A DNA stretch of 64,000 bases from contig JBCBZJ010000001.1 in the NCBI GenBank assembly GCA_039815375.1, positions 32,001-96,000 of the forward strand. Reading direction: 5' to 3'. Below the pieces are notes generated by a model. The model saw only the letters and a program-made list of their open reading frames with translations, searched no databases and was not told where the DNA came from. The DNA comes from Verrucomicrobiota bacterium (lineage in GTDB: Bacteria > Verrucomicrobiota > Verrucomicrobiia > Opitutales > Coraliomargaritaceae). Below are positions 24,843-34,581 of this stretch, piece after piece. Position numbers and translations under genes: made by a program. Every line of letters starts with the position of its first letter. Within the stretch, counting starts at the first letter, position 1.

Positions 24843-26117
24843 ATGAACCGAAGTCTCTCATTAATTATAACAGCCTCTATTCTGGCTTTCTTAAACTTCT
24901 CTCACAGTTTGTTTGCAGCGCCGCTCGTTTCTATAGGCGACAACGCTGACATCTACTTTAACGGTTCCACAAGTCTTCGATACGATTCGAACGTTTTTCG
25001 AAACGAGGATGGTGAAGAGGAAGATTTGATTTGGACGATCAGTCCAGGTTTCGAATTTGACTTGGGCCGTGGGTTGTCTAACGCCGATTTCAGCATCATC
25101 ACCCGTTACGACATTCGCCGCTACGATGACCTTGATGGGCTCGATACCGAACTTTTCAGTATCGAGGCAGCTGGTTCTTACACGGGCACACGACTGGATC
25201 TTAGTGCATCTGCGAGTTTCGAAGAAGAAAAAGCTGCAACTGGTGATTTGCAAATACAGGACCTTGTTGAATCGGATAGAACTTCAGCAAAGATCGATGT
25301 GGAATACGAATTGTCGCCAAAGCTCAGCTTCGGAACTGGTATTGCATACGCAAAGAAAGATTATAAGACTTTTCAGGAGTTCTTTGCTGATCGTGAGTCC
25401 TACACTTTACCATTTGATATATTTTATGAGTTGACTCCCAAATTAGACCTGATCTTGGGATACCAGTATCGGCTCGACAAGGTTGATGGCACGGAGGGGA
25501 GGATCACGGATCAATTCCAGCTCATGGGGCAGAATGTAGTCGAAACGTTGGACACTTCATCCTACGATGCAGACAATCACTTTTTTAATGTCGGCCTGCG
25601 CGGAGATCTCCTTCCCAAACTGGTAGGTTCCTTTCGAGCTGGTTATCGTCTTAGGGATAGTGATGATCGAACCCTCCAAGCAACTACTATTATAGACGGA
25701 GTAGTTCAGCCACTTCCTCCAACGGGAACTCTCGATGGCAGATCCAACGGATCACTTGGTATTGACGCTGATCTGACTTGGCTGACATCACCGAAGCTGA
25801 CTACCTCGGTTGGTTTATCGCGTGATTTTGGTATCGGCAGCGCGGGTGAATCAACAGAAAGAACTGGATTTGATCTCATTTTGAACTACGCAATCAATCC
25901 GAATTTTTCCACTGTAGCTTTGGCTTCATATTCCTATGTCGACTTCAGGAGTGGTCGTGAAGACGATACGTATCGTGCAGGGCTTCGTTTGAACTACGTG
26001 CCGAACGAATATTGGAGCTTTGGAACTGGTTACAATTTATCAGACACGGATTCAAACACAGTTGGCCGAAGCAACACGAGTCACATTCTCGATATTTCTG
26101 CCTCTCTGAGATATTAA
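24843..26117 (+). CDS. Outer-membrane beta-barrel associated with polysaccharide export
   Basis: Signal peptide, YDSNVF, alternating beta-strand pattern, C-terminal ISASLRY; upstream of the OPX gene and wzc. Confidence 0.82.
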   Translation: MNRSLSLIITASILAFLNFSHSLFAAPLVSIGDNADIYFNGSTSLRYDSNVFRNEDGEEEDLIWTISPGFEFDLGRGLSNADFSIITRYDIRRYDDLDGLDTELFSIEAAGSYTGTRLDLSASASFEEEKAATGDLQIQDLVESDRTSAKIDVEYELSPKLSFGTGIAYAKKDYKTFQEFFADRESYTLPFDIFYELTPKLDLILGYQYRLDKVDGTEGRITDQFQLMGQNVVETLDTSSYDADNHFFNVGLRGDLLPKLVGSFRAGYRLRDSDDRTLQATTIIDGVVQPLPPTGTLDGRSNGSLGIDADLTWLTSPKLTTSVGLSRDFGIGSAGESTERTGFDLILNYAINPNFSTVALASYSYVDFRSGREDDTYRAGLRLNYVPNEYWSFGTGYNLSDTDSNTVGRSNTSHILDISASLRY

Positions 26118-26178
26118 TTTCAGAACATCTCTCCGCTAATGCGGACTAAATGCCTCACTATTGAGGCATTTTCTATCT

Positions 26179-26841
26179 ATGAATACAAATTTCTCTTTGC
26201 TCTTTTTGGGCTTATTTTTTGCCGCCTGCCTTTCCGGATCTGCTCAGGATTTCGGTGCAGTTTCTGGGGCGGGGGCAGGCTCAGCTCCCTCGGCTGGCCC
26301 ATCGGGTTCTGGATCCGGAGTTGGTATTATCGTTGGTGAGAACTACGTTCTCAAGCCTTCAGATGTTGTTGGTGTCGAAGTTTTTCAAGAGGTAGATCTG
26401 AACAAGAGCGTTCGCATTGAAGGGGATGGAACAGTCGCTCTTGCTTTGATCGGAAAGGTAAAAATCGCTGGTATGACTGTTGGTGAAGCTCAGTCACTTG
26501 TGACCGATTTATACAATCGAGACTATCTTGTTGATCCTCAGATTTCCTTACTTGTGGTTTCTTTCTCACCAAAGGTTGTTCACGTTCTTGGCTCTGTGAA
26601 CAGTCCTGGAGTCATCGAAATCCCGCCGGACCGTGACCTGACCCTGACAGAGGCGATTGCCGGAGTGAGAGGTGTCAGCCGTTTGGGCAATCCCAGAGCG
26701 ATCACGATTAAAAGAGTTGATAAGGATGGCCGGGCAAAACAAATGGAAGTCAATTTCAACAAGGTTGTAACCGACCCAGATATGAAGGACGTGATTCTCA
26801 AAGAAGGCGATACGATATGGGTGCCGGAGAGAATCATTTAA
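26179..26841 (+). CDS. Short OPX/Wza-family polysaccharide export protein
   Basis: YVLKPSDVV, DGTVALALIG..AGMT, SLBB domain VLGSVNSPG; ends LKEGDTIWVPERII. Confidence 0.9.
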   Translation: MNTNFSLLFLGLFFAACLSGSAQDFGAVSGAGAGSAPSAGPSGSGSGVGIIVGENYVLKPSDVVGVEVFQEVDLNKSVRIEGDGTVALALIGKVKIAGMTVGEAQSLVTDLYNRDYLVDPQISLLVVSFSPKVVHVLGSVNSPGVIEIPPDRDLTLTEAIAGVRGVSRLGNPRAITIKRVDKDGRAKQMEVNFNKVVTDPDMKDVILKEGDTIWVPERII

Positions 26842-26857
26842 ATCTCCAAAAACAAAT

Positions 26858-29142
26858 ATGAAAAACGAGTATGTAAGGGGTGGACCTGATCCGAATTCAG
26901 GTGGTTATGGCTATGGCGGCTACGGCTACGGTGGTGGATACGGGTATGGTTACGGTGGTGGCTACAGCGGTGGTAGTAGCTACGGTAGCGGTGGACCTCA
27001 GCGTTCTTTCAAAGATTATTTCCTGATGTTTCGGGAGCGCATCTGGTATCTCATTGTAGCGTTCTTTATTATCTTTTCTGGCTCAATTCTTTACACCTTC
27101 AATAAAACCAAGGTCTATACGACTGCAGCCACAGTTCAACTTCTTCGCGATGATCCCTCTGCTCTGGGTGATACTGTAGAAATCGAACAAAATCAGATTC
27201 GGACTGCGGAGGACCTGAATACACAGATTAGTGTCTTACAAAGCGCGTCGATCATTCAGGGTGTGGAACAAAGGTTGCAGGATGAAATGAGACAGCGTTT
27301 TATGGCACCCTATACAGATACATTGAGTATATCGGGTCCACTGACTCCACTTGAGGTTTTAGGGAAAAACAGAAAGATAGTCCCTCAGAGAATGAGCCTG
27401 ATGATTAATATCGCTTATTCTCATCCGGATCCATTCATTGCTGCGGAGGTAGCTAATCTCTCTTTGCGAAGGAGTTTATCGACTACAATCTGAAGCTCAA
27501 TGTAGATGGGTCAATGAAGGCTGTTGAGGACCTCCGCCTTCGGGCAGATCAGCAGAAAGAGCGAGTTGAGGAATTGGAATTTAAACTTGCTGAATACCGT
27601 GAACAAAAGAACGCCGTCTCATTGGATAGCCAAGAAAATATTGCTGGTGAACAACTCGTTAGTCTAAACGGGGTAAAGCTGCAAAATAAGAATATCTATG
27701 ACAACCTCGAAACCAAGTGGAAGCTCATCGAGAGTTACCGCCGCGAGGGTAGTAACCTTTGGAAACTTTCATTTATCTCTGAGCATCCTCGAGTCTCAGC
27801 TCTCTTATCTCAGATTTCAGATGCTAGGATTCAGATATCATCGCTCTCGAAACGTTATCGAGAAAAGCACCCGGCGATGATTCAATTAGTTCAAACATTG
27901 CAAGAGGCTGAGTTAGAGCTCGAACTAGCAGTTGAGAATGCAGTGAGTAAAATATATGCTGCCTATCTCGAGGCGGAAAAGAATTTCGAAATTGCTAGCC
28001 TTCGACTTGCTGAGAAAGAGCAGGAGCTCATCGATCTAAGTAAAACTCGCGTGGAGTTTAACTCTCTCCTTCGAGATTTGGATGTACAGCAGAGTTTCTT
28101 CCAAGCACTTAACTCGCGCATGACTACTGAGAAGGCGCAAGTTAGTCTGAAGAATCCCAATGCACGTATCGTTGATGAAGCCTTTCCACCAGCAGAAAAC
28201 CGGCCCTCTTCACCTAACGTAGTGATGAACTTAGCGGCGGGATTTTTTGGAGGTATTGCTGTGGGAACAGGTTTGGTGTTTGCAGTCGCATTCCTTGACG
28301 ATCGTGTGAAGAGTGCTTTCGACATTGAGGGGACGATTGGTCTACCCATGCTGGGGGTTGTTCCACGCATTAAGAAGCTGGATACAAACTCGAAAGCACA
28401 AGCTGTTGCTTCCAATGCCGACAGGCATGTCACCGAGACATTCCGCTCGATTCATTCCGCGCTTAAGCTAAGTGATGAGAGCAAGAACGCCAAGGTCATT
28501 CTAACAACCAGCACGGTTCCCGGTGAAGGTAAGTCTTTTGTAAGTTCCAACATGTCACTTACTTTTGCGAATCATGGTGAAAAGACTCTGTTGATTGACT
28601 GTGACTTGCGTTTGCCGAATGTTGCAAGGTCTCTTCAGCTGGAAGATGAACTAGGTCTTTTGGATCACATCGATAAAGGGATAAGTCTGGATGAAGTCAT
28701 AATCAACGAGGTTTACCCTAATCTTGATGTGCTTCCGACTGGTGGGAAATCCAAGAATCCTACTCAAGTTCTGAACAGCGAACAGTTTGAAGGTATGTTT
28801 GCCGAGCTTCGTGATCGTTATGATCGAATCGTAGTGGATACGCCACCTTTGGCTGCTGTTAGTGATGCGCTCAACCTTCTGTCATTGGTGGATGGCGTAG
28901 TTTATGTGATTAAATTCAATACCGTTAAGCGTAAGACTGCAGTGGTTAACGTTCGCCGCCTCTGGGAATCTAACACTCCGGTCTTCGGAGCTGTGCTAAA
29001 CAACATCACCAGTTCTCTCTCCAGTTACTATTACTCACAATACTCGGACAAGGCCTATCAGGATTATTACATCCATCACGACGAAGACTTTGAGCAGGAG
29101 CTTGGTGGAGAGGTGGAACCTCAACTGGAAGAAAAATCTTAA
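26858..29142 (+). pseudogene. wzc: Wzc/GumC polysaccharide co-polymerase tyrosine kinase, frameshifted near 27457-27463
   Basis: ORFs 26858-27493 and 27514-29142 join in frame if one TC unit is removed. Walker A PGEGKS, IDCDLR, VDTPP and a C-terminal Tyr cluster are present. Confidence 0.88.
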
Positions 29143-29168
29143 TCAGATTTTGTTCTCCGGGCCTCAAG

Positions 29169-30149
29169 TTAGCGGGCTGCTCTTCTTAGCCGATCGTTTA
29201 TTGCGGATCCGACTGATTCATTCTGCGCTGCTTCAACTGTAAGCTTGCGGTAGGCCCGGCCGTCGAGTTTCTGAATTAGATCGAATAAGTTTCTTGCAAT
29301 CTCGCCGAGATCACCATTTTCAGACAGCCAATAGACATGGTCGGAATCCAGTGTGTCGGGTTTTTTGTTTAGGATAATCGCTTCATCTTCTGATGCGACC
29401 CAGTCTACCTGCCCGTTCTCGATAATATCGATTGGTGTGTGAGGGCTATAGTGTTTGGAGAGAAGGCCTGGAGAGGTCTGCGGTAGATTATCATGCCCAT
29501 CTCTTTCTTGGGTATGTATAATCAGGCCAGTTCTATTCTTAATCTCTTCTGCGCTGATGGGGCCAGGTCGGAGGATACGCGGATTATGGGCTTGATGAAA
29601 TTCAATTACGGTCGACTCGAGCCCGTGACTGCAGAACCCTCCATCCAAGATTGCCGCGATCTTTGATCCAAGCGTCTTGCTGACATGCTCGGGCCTTGTT
29701 GGGCTTACATATCCGAATGGATTTGCACTAGGAGCCGCTAACGGGAAATCCAATTTTCTTAGCAACTCTTGAAGTAAGGGATGATTGGGAACTCTTACGG
29801 CTGCTGTCGATAATCCGGCGGTTACCAAGTCGGGTATAGAATCACTTTTCTGTAGAACGAGTGTCAGGGGCCCTGGCCAGAAGGTATTTGCAAGCTTGAT
29901 TGCTTTTTCGCAGGCATAGACGTGCTTAAAAGCACTCTGAGCATCTTTAAAATGCGTGATCAGCGGATCGATGAATGGCCTGCCTTTGACTTCAAAGATC
30001 TTTCGGACGGCACTCTCGGAGAGGGCGTTTCCAGCTAGACCGTAGACTGTCTCTGTGGGGACAGCCACTAGTTGATCCTCACGGAGATGCTGTCCGCAGA
30101 TTTCTATGGACTTGCTATTACTACGCAGAATCTTGTCTGGAGAGGGCAT
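29169..30149 (-). CDS. sua5: L-threonylcarbamoyladenylate synthase (Sua5 type)
   Basis: PTETVYGL, KGRP, WPGPLT, AAPSAN, SPG...HY with a SUA5 C-terminal domain. Confidence 0.95.
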   Translation of the reverse strand: MPSPDKILRSNSKSIEICGQHLREDQLVAVPTETVYGLAGNALSESAVRKIFEVKGRPFIDPLITHFKDAQSAFKHVYACEKAIKLANTFWPGPLTLVLQKSDSIPDLVTAGLSTAAVRVPNHPLLQELLRKLDFPLAAPSANPFGYVSPTRPEHVSKTLGSKIAAILDGGFCSHGLESTVIEFHQAHNPRILRPGPISAEEIKNRTGLIIHTQERDGHDNLPQTSPGLLSKHYSPHTPIDIIENGQVDWVASEDEAIILNKKPDTLDSDHVYWLSENGDLGEIARNLFDLIQKLDGRAYRKLTVEAAQNESVGSAINDRLRRAAR

Positions 30150-30164
30150 TGTTGACTGGGATAC

Positions 30165-30194
30165 AAAAAATCCCTCCCTTTGTGGGGGAAGGAT
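30165..30194 (-). terminator. Probable terminator after rpsR
   Basis: ATCC-TCCC/GGGA-GGAT hairpin next to an A6 run (T6 on the minus strand). Confidence 0.5.
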
Positions 30195-30220
30195 CGGAAA
30201 ACTCTATCCTGCGATGGCAA

Positions 30221-30418
30221 TTACTGCATGGTCAGCATATTGCGGGCCTGCTTAATTCGGTTCGTGATGCGACGCTGATGCTTCGCGGAAAGTCCGGTAA
30301 TTTTACGTGGAAGAATTTTGCCTGTTTCAGTTACGAAACGGGAGAGCTGCTCCACATCGTTGAATGTGTAGTCCATCGGGTTGCGGGAGCGGTTGGGAGT
30401 CTTATTTTCGATGCTCAT
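30221..30418 (-). CDS. rpsR: 30S ribosomal protein S18 (no Cys)
   Basis: [27 protein letters not shown]. Confidence 0.96.
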   Translation of the reverse strand: MSIENKTPNRSRNPMDYTFNDVEQLSRFVTETGKILPRKITGLSAKHQRRITNRIKQARNMLTMQ

Positions 30419-30573
30419 GGAGCGGAGGAAAGTAGGGAGCCGAATCTACTGTGCAAGTCTTATTTGTGCCTTATTTTCGCTACTTGCTCCTGGGCGGTTT
30501 TACATTCGAACTCACGAATCAGCACTTGAATGATGGAGATCTGTTCTTAATCAGAGAGTTGTTGTACTACAAA

Positions 30574-30648
<75 letters not shown>

Positions 30649-30728
30649 CTTCTATAGTGTAAGCGGAGCTGCTAAGCGCAAAAAGCCTTTGCATTCTTCA
30701 ATTTAAGTAATTCTCATCAGGTCACCAT

Positions 30729-33374
30729 ATGCCCGTGGCCCATAGGATGAGAACTGCTAGACTGTTATATTCATTTTGGGCATCGCTTTGCCTGATGCTT
30801 TGCGGTTCTAGTGAATTATCAGGGCAATTACCTTCTCTGAACAAAAAGCCGAGCTTGGTGCATGATGAGCTTGCTACTACGAGAGCAGAATGGCGTTCAG
30901 TTGGTGCAAAAATCGCCTTGGAGTCCGGGCTTAGTGCGACTGCGATCGTGCTTTACAGCTCATTGTTTGAAGAGAGTCCGGAGCTTCCAGAGGGAGCAGC
31001 TCAGGAGTATCGCTTAGATCTGGTGGCCGCGCTGGTTGGGCAAGGGAGATTTTCTGAAGCTCGAAAGGCTTTGGACCTGGTGTTCCCCAGCCGATTCCCC
31101 AGCCGCTATAATCTCTACAGTGCCGTTGTTGGCTATGGTTCCGGGACATATCAAGAGGCTGCATTATTAGAGGCCGCACTTTCAGGAATTGATCAGGGCT
31201 CTCTCAGGCCAGTTGATCTGCCTTGGCTCTACCTTTTGCGTGGGGTTTTGTCTGATCTTCAGGGGCAGTCTGGACTCGCCGGAGAACAGTTTTCGCGTGC
31301 AGTGGATTCTGCTGCAAGTGCTTTGCAGGAGGCTTTTTTCTTAAGCTTGGTATTCCGTCAAAAATTGCTTACCGCTCCGGCTGACGAAGAGTTGCTCCTT
31401 GAAGTTAGAAGAAATCTTGACGCGCTGTCAGGGCAGTCGGGGGCTTTTCCCTTTCTTCGTGAATATGCTGTGATTCTATACCGGATGGGCCGTGATGTTG
31501 AGGCAGTGCTCGCACTGGAGGATGAGCTGGCAAAGGTCGGCACGTCCTTCACGTCGGATGAGCGTTCAGAGCTTCTTTTACTCAAGGGACTTATCCTGGG
31601 CACTAATTCTGATCCGGGTTGGTCGGCTCTGAAGGAGTTGGTCCGAATTGGGGCCGAAAGTAAGTCGTCGGCGATTGCGTTACAGCTGCTTACAAGAGCT
31701 AGCGGACGTGATGCAGAATTGATGTCTTTTTTGAATGAGATGATTTCACAGCCGGATAGTCATCCTTTGCTTGCCATGATGTATTTCATCCGCTGCCAAC
31801 TAGCACTCGCCAATCCAGAGACAGCGGCCATCGCTGAGGCTGACGCGCGATTCTTGTTGGAGCAGTTTCCAGGTCTAGATGAGATAACGAGTGTTTACAG
31901 GCTTCTGGCATATGCAGCATTACAAAGAAGTCCTCCGCAGTACCGGGTTGCCGCTGACTATTTGATTAGTTTGAGAGAGCAGGTCTCTGGTGCTTCCGAG
32001 CTTGCCGAACTCAATCGAATGATCGGTGACTGCTACTTTATGAATAAGGATTACGGCAATGCAGTCGATTTTTATCAAGCTGCCAGAACGTCTTCGTCAG
32101 ATTCGAATGTAGGTGTGTCCACTTTTCTTCGGCTCGTGATTGCTGAAATCCGCTCCGGAATGATCGATGCTGCTCTAGCCCATCTGGATGAAGCCGACTT
32201 TGGTGGGTCGATGGACGTTGCAGACCGTTGGCGTGCGGAATGGAATATAGCGCAAGCGCTTCAATCGGATGGTAATTCGTCACTCGCATTAGACCGTATT
32301 CGATCGTTGTTGTCTTCTCAGGATACTGGCCCTGTGCCTGCAGCTCTCGATATGCGTCTGCGTTGGTTAGAAGCGCATCTCAGTTTGTTCTCCGGAGCAG
32401 AAGGTGTCCAAACACGGGTTGGATCGATCATCGCCCGCCTGGATTCTTTGCCGCCAGATGCACTTGGTGCGAGTGAGGCGTTTTTGCTTAAGGCTGAGTT
32501 ACTGCTTTTAGAGGCACAGGCAAGCCTTCGATCGAGTGAAGCTAGCAATGGCTTTGAAGCCATTCGACAGCTTCGTGATTCGTTTCCAACAAGCACTGCC
32601 GCAGAGCGCTCTTATTTCGTCGAAGCAAGTTACCATGCTGGACTTGGTGACTTTCTCTCGGCGCAACAGATACTGGCCGAATACATTTCTGAATACCCTG
32701 ACAGCACTCTTGCCCCTCAGGCTCTCTTTCAAGCCTCGCTCCACTGTGAAAGGCGCGGGCCCGACAATTATCCGGAGGCAGTCCTACTACTTGATCAAAT
32801 TGTGCAAGACTACTCAGATAGTGCACTCGTCTATCAGGCTAGTCTCAGACAGGGTGATCTACTTCGATTAATGAATGATTTTGCGGGTGCACAGTTGATC
32901 TACGAGAACCTGGTAAATGCCTACCCCAGCCACGAACTTCAATACCTGGCCGAGCTGTCCCGTGCAGATTGTATCGCCGCATTATCACAAGGAGATGCAA
33001 CTCAGCTGCTTGAGGCGACGTCTGTTCTTGAGCGATTGGTTGATATGCCCGGCCTGCCTGCAGACTTCCAAGTTGAGGCTGGACACAAATGGGGGATGAT
33101 GTTGCGAAGACAGGGCAAAGCTGATGATGCGCGTGAGATCTTTAGTCTTATCGCTACTCGTTATATGCTGGACGCACAAAATGCGCTGGGGCTAGGCTCT
33201 GTGGGTCGCTACTGGCTTTCTAGGACTGCTTTTTCGCTTGGCGATATGCTTGAGAATGTCGGTGAAATTGAAGAAGCCAAGCGGCTCTATCGCAAAATGG
33301 TGGCTTTTAATTTACCCGGTAGAAACTTGGCTTTGACGCGAGTCGAGCAGCTACAAATAAGTGAGAGCCGCTAG
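30729..33374 (+). CDS. Large exported TPR-repeat protein
   Basis: N-terminal hydrophobic signal and many TPR-like repeats, including YPDSTLAPQALF and YPSHEL. Confidence 0.8.
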   Translation: MPVAHRMRTARLLYSFWASLCLMLCGSSELSGQLPSLNKKPSLVHDELATTRAEWRSVGAKIALESGLSATAIVLYSSLFEESPELPEGAAQEYRLDLVAALVGQGRFSEARKALDLVFPSRFPSRYNLYSAVVGYGSGTYQEAALLEAALSGIDQGSLRPVDLPWLYLLRGVLSDLQGQSGLAGEQFSRAVDSAASALQEAFFLSLVFRQKLLTAPADEELLLEVRRNLDALSGQSGAFPFLREYAVILYRMGRDVEAVLALEDELAKVGTSFTSDERSELLLLKGLILGTNSDPGWSALKELVRIGAESKSSAIALQLLTRASGRDAELMSFLNEMISQPDSHPLLAMMYFIRCQLALANPETAAIAEADARFLLEQFPGLDEITSVYRLLAYAALQRSPPQYRVAADYLISLREQVSGASELAELNRMIGDCYFMNKDYGNAVDFYQAARTSSSDSNVGVSTFLRLVIAEIRSGMIDAALAHLDEADFGGSMDVADRWRAEWNIAQALQSDGNSSLALDRIRSLLSSQDTGPVPAALDMRLRWLEAHLSLFSGAEGVQTRVGSIIARLDSLPPDALGASEAFLLKAELLLLEAQASLRSSEASNGFEAIRQLRDSFPTSTAAERSYFVEASYHAGLGDFLSAQQILAEYISEYPDSTLAPQALFQASLHCERRGPDNYPEAVLLLDQIVQDYSDSALVYQASLRQGDLLRLMNDFAGAQLIYENLVNAYPSHELQYLAELSRADCIAALSQGDATQLLEATSVLERLVDMPGLPADFQVEAGHKWGMMLRRQGKADDAREIFSLIATRYMLDAQNALGLGSVGRYWLSRTAFSLGDMLENVGEIEEAKRLYRKMVAFNLPGRNLALTRVEQLQISESR

Positions 33375-33391
33375 ACTAGAAATTAAAGAAT

Positions 33392-34051
33392 ATGGATTTT
33401 TTACAGCACAACTTCATCCTGCAGGGTGGTCCGGTGATGTATCCCTTGCTCATCACCAGTGTGTTCGGTTTCGTCATTTTTATCGAGAGGACGCTCTTTT
33501 TGCACAAGGGCCAGATTGGGACGGAAGACTTTGTAAGTGGCATTAAGAATCTAGTTCGTAAGAAACGTCTAGTTGAGGCGCTTACGCTTTGTGAGGATAC
33601 ACCCGGGCCATTGGCACGTATCGTGAAGTCAGCTCTCTTGAATTACGGCGAATCGAGGGAAAGTATTCGCATGGCGATTCAGGGAGCAGCGATTGTCGAG
33701 ATTCCTTTCTTGGAAAGGAGAATTGGGGCGATTGCCACCCTGGCACGAGTGGCTCCGATGTTGGGCTTCCTTGGAACTTTAGTTTCAGCTCTTCAGGCGC
33801 TTTATTTTCTGGAAGCAGCAAATGCTGATAGCGGAGAGTTTAGCCGACTCTTGGCTGAGGCATTGATTACTTCAGCATCAGGCCTCGCTATCGCAGTAAT
33901 GGCTGTTCTTGCTCACCACTTCCTACAGGGCCGTGTGCGCGCACTGGTTCATGATTTTGAATGGGTGGGGCATGAGATTTTTGAGTTTCTGACAACGGAT
34001 CCGAATCTCCTTGATGACATGCCAAAGTCTCCGGAAGACGCAGACAAATGA
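33392..34051 (+). CDS. MotA/TolQ/ExbB proton channel protein
   Basis: GGPVMYPL; APMLGFLGT; AEALITSASGLAIAV. Confidence 0.92.
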   Translation: MDFLQHNFILQGGPVMYPLLITSVFGFVIFIERTLFLHKGQIGTEDFVSGIKNLVRKKRLVEALTLCEDTPGPLARIVKSALLNYGESRESIRMAIQGAAIVEIPFLERRIGAIATLARVAPMLGFLGTLVSALQALYFLEAANADSGEFSRLLAEALITSASGLAIAVMAVLAHHFLQGRVRALVHDFEWVGHEIFEFLTTDPNLLDDMPKSPEDADK

Positions 34052-34581
34052 GCCAAAACGTAGAGAATCTTCATCCTAAAGGTCAGTCCTTCGCTCAACC
34101 CATGGGCTTAGTTGACCGCTTGCAACGCATCGACACTCGTTTGGATTTTGTGCCTATTCTCGACATCGCTGTTATCGCCATGCTTGTCAGCTTGCTTTTC
34201 ACTCGATTCGTCCTGTTACCTGGCGTTCGTGTTGACCTTCCCGTAACTGAGATGCGCATGCAACATTCGCAGAAGCCGGTTGCAATTCTCACAATTGGTA
34301 ACAATGGGATGTTGTTCTTTGATGGGAGCCTCTACGATGTTGGCTCGATTGAGCGAGGCTTTGTTCGCTTTATTGATTCGAGTGGGCGCTCTGACGTGGT
34401 CCTGCTAATCAAAGCAGAGTCATCTCTGGATTTGCAGGCCTTTCTTGAGCTCTGTGAGTTTGCAAAGAACGCCGGATTTGTTCAGGTCCAGCTTGCTGGA
34501 AAAAAAGATGGCCAGATGGAGAACATTATGCGGATAGATCCTGTGCAGTCAGGTAGCGATTTTACTATTCCTGTATTCTAA
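34048..34581 (+). CDS. ExbD/TolR family protein
   Basis: FVPILDIAV TM Asp, VDLP, VLLIKAE, AKNAGF; ATGA overlap with the exbB-like gene. Confidence 0.85.
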   Translation: MSQNVENLHPKGQSFAQPMGLVDRLQRIDTRLDFVPILDIAVIAMLVSLLFTRFVLLPGVRVDLPVTEMRMQHSQKPVAILTIGNNGMLFFDGSLYDVGSIERGFVRFIDSSGRSDVVLLIKAESSLDLQAFLELCEFAKNAGFVQVQLAGKKDGQMENIMRIDPVQSGSDFTIPVF

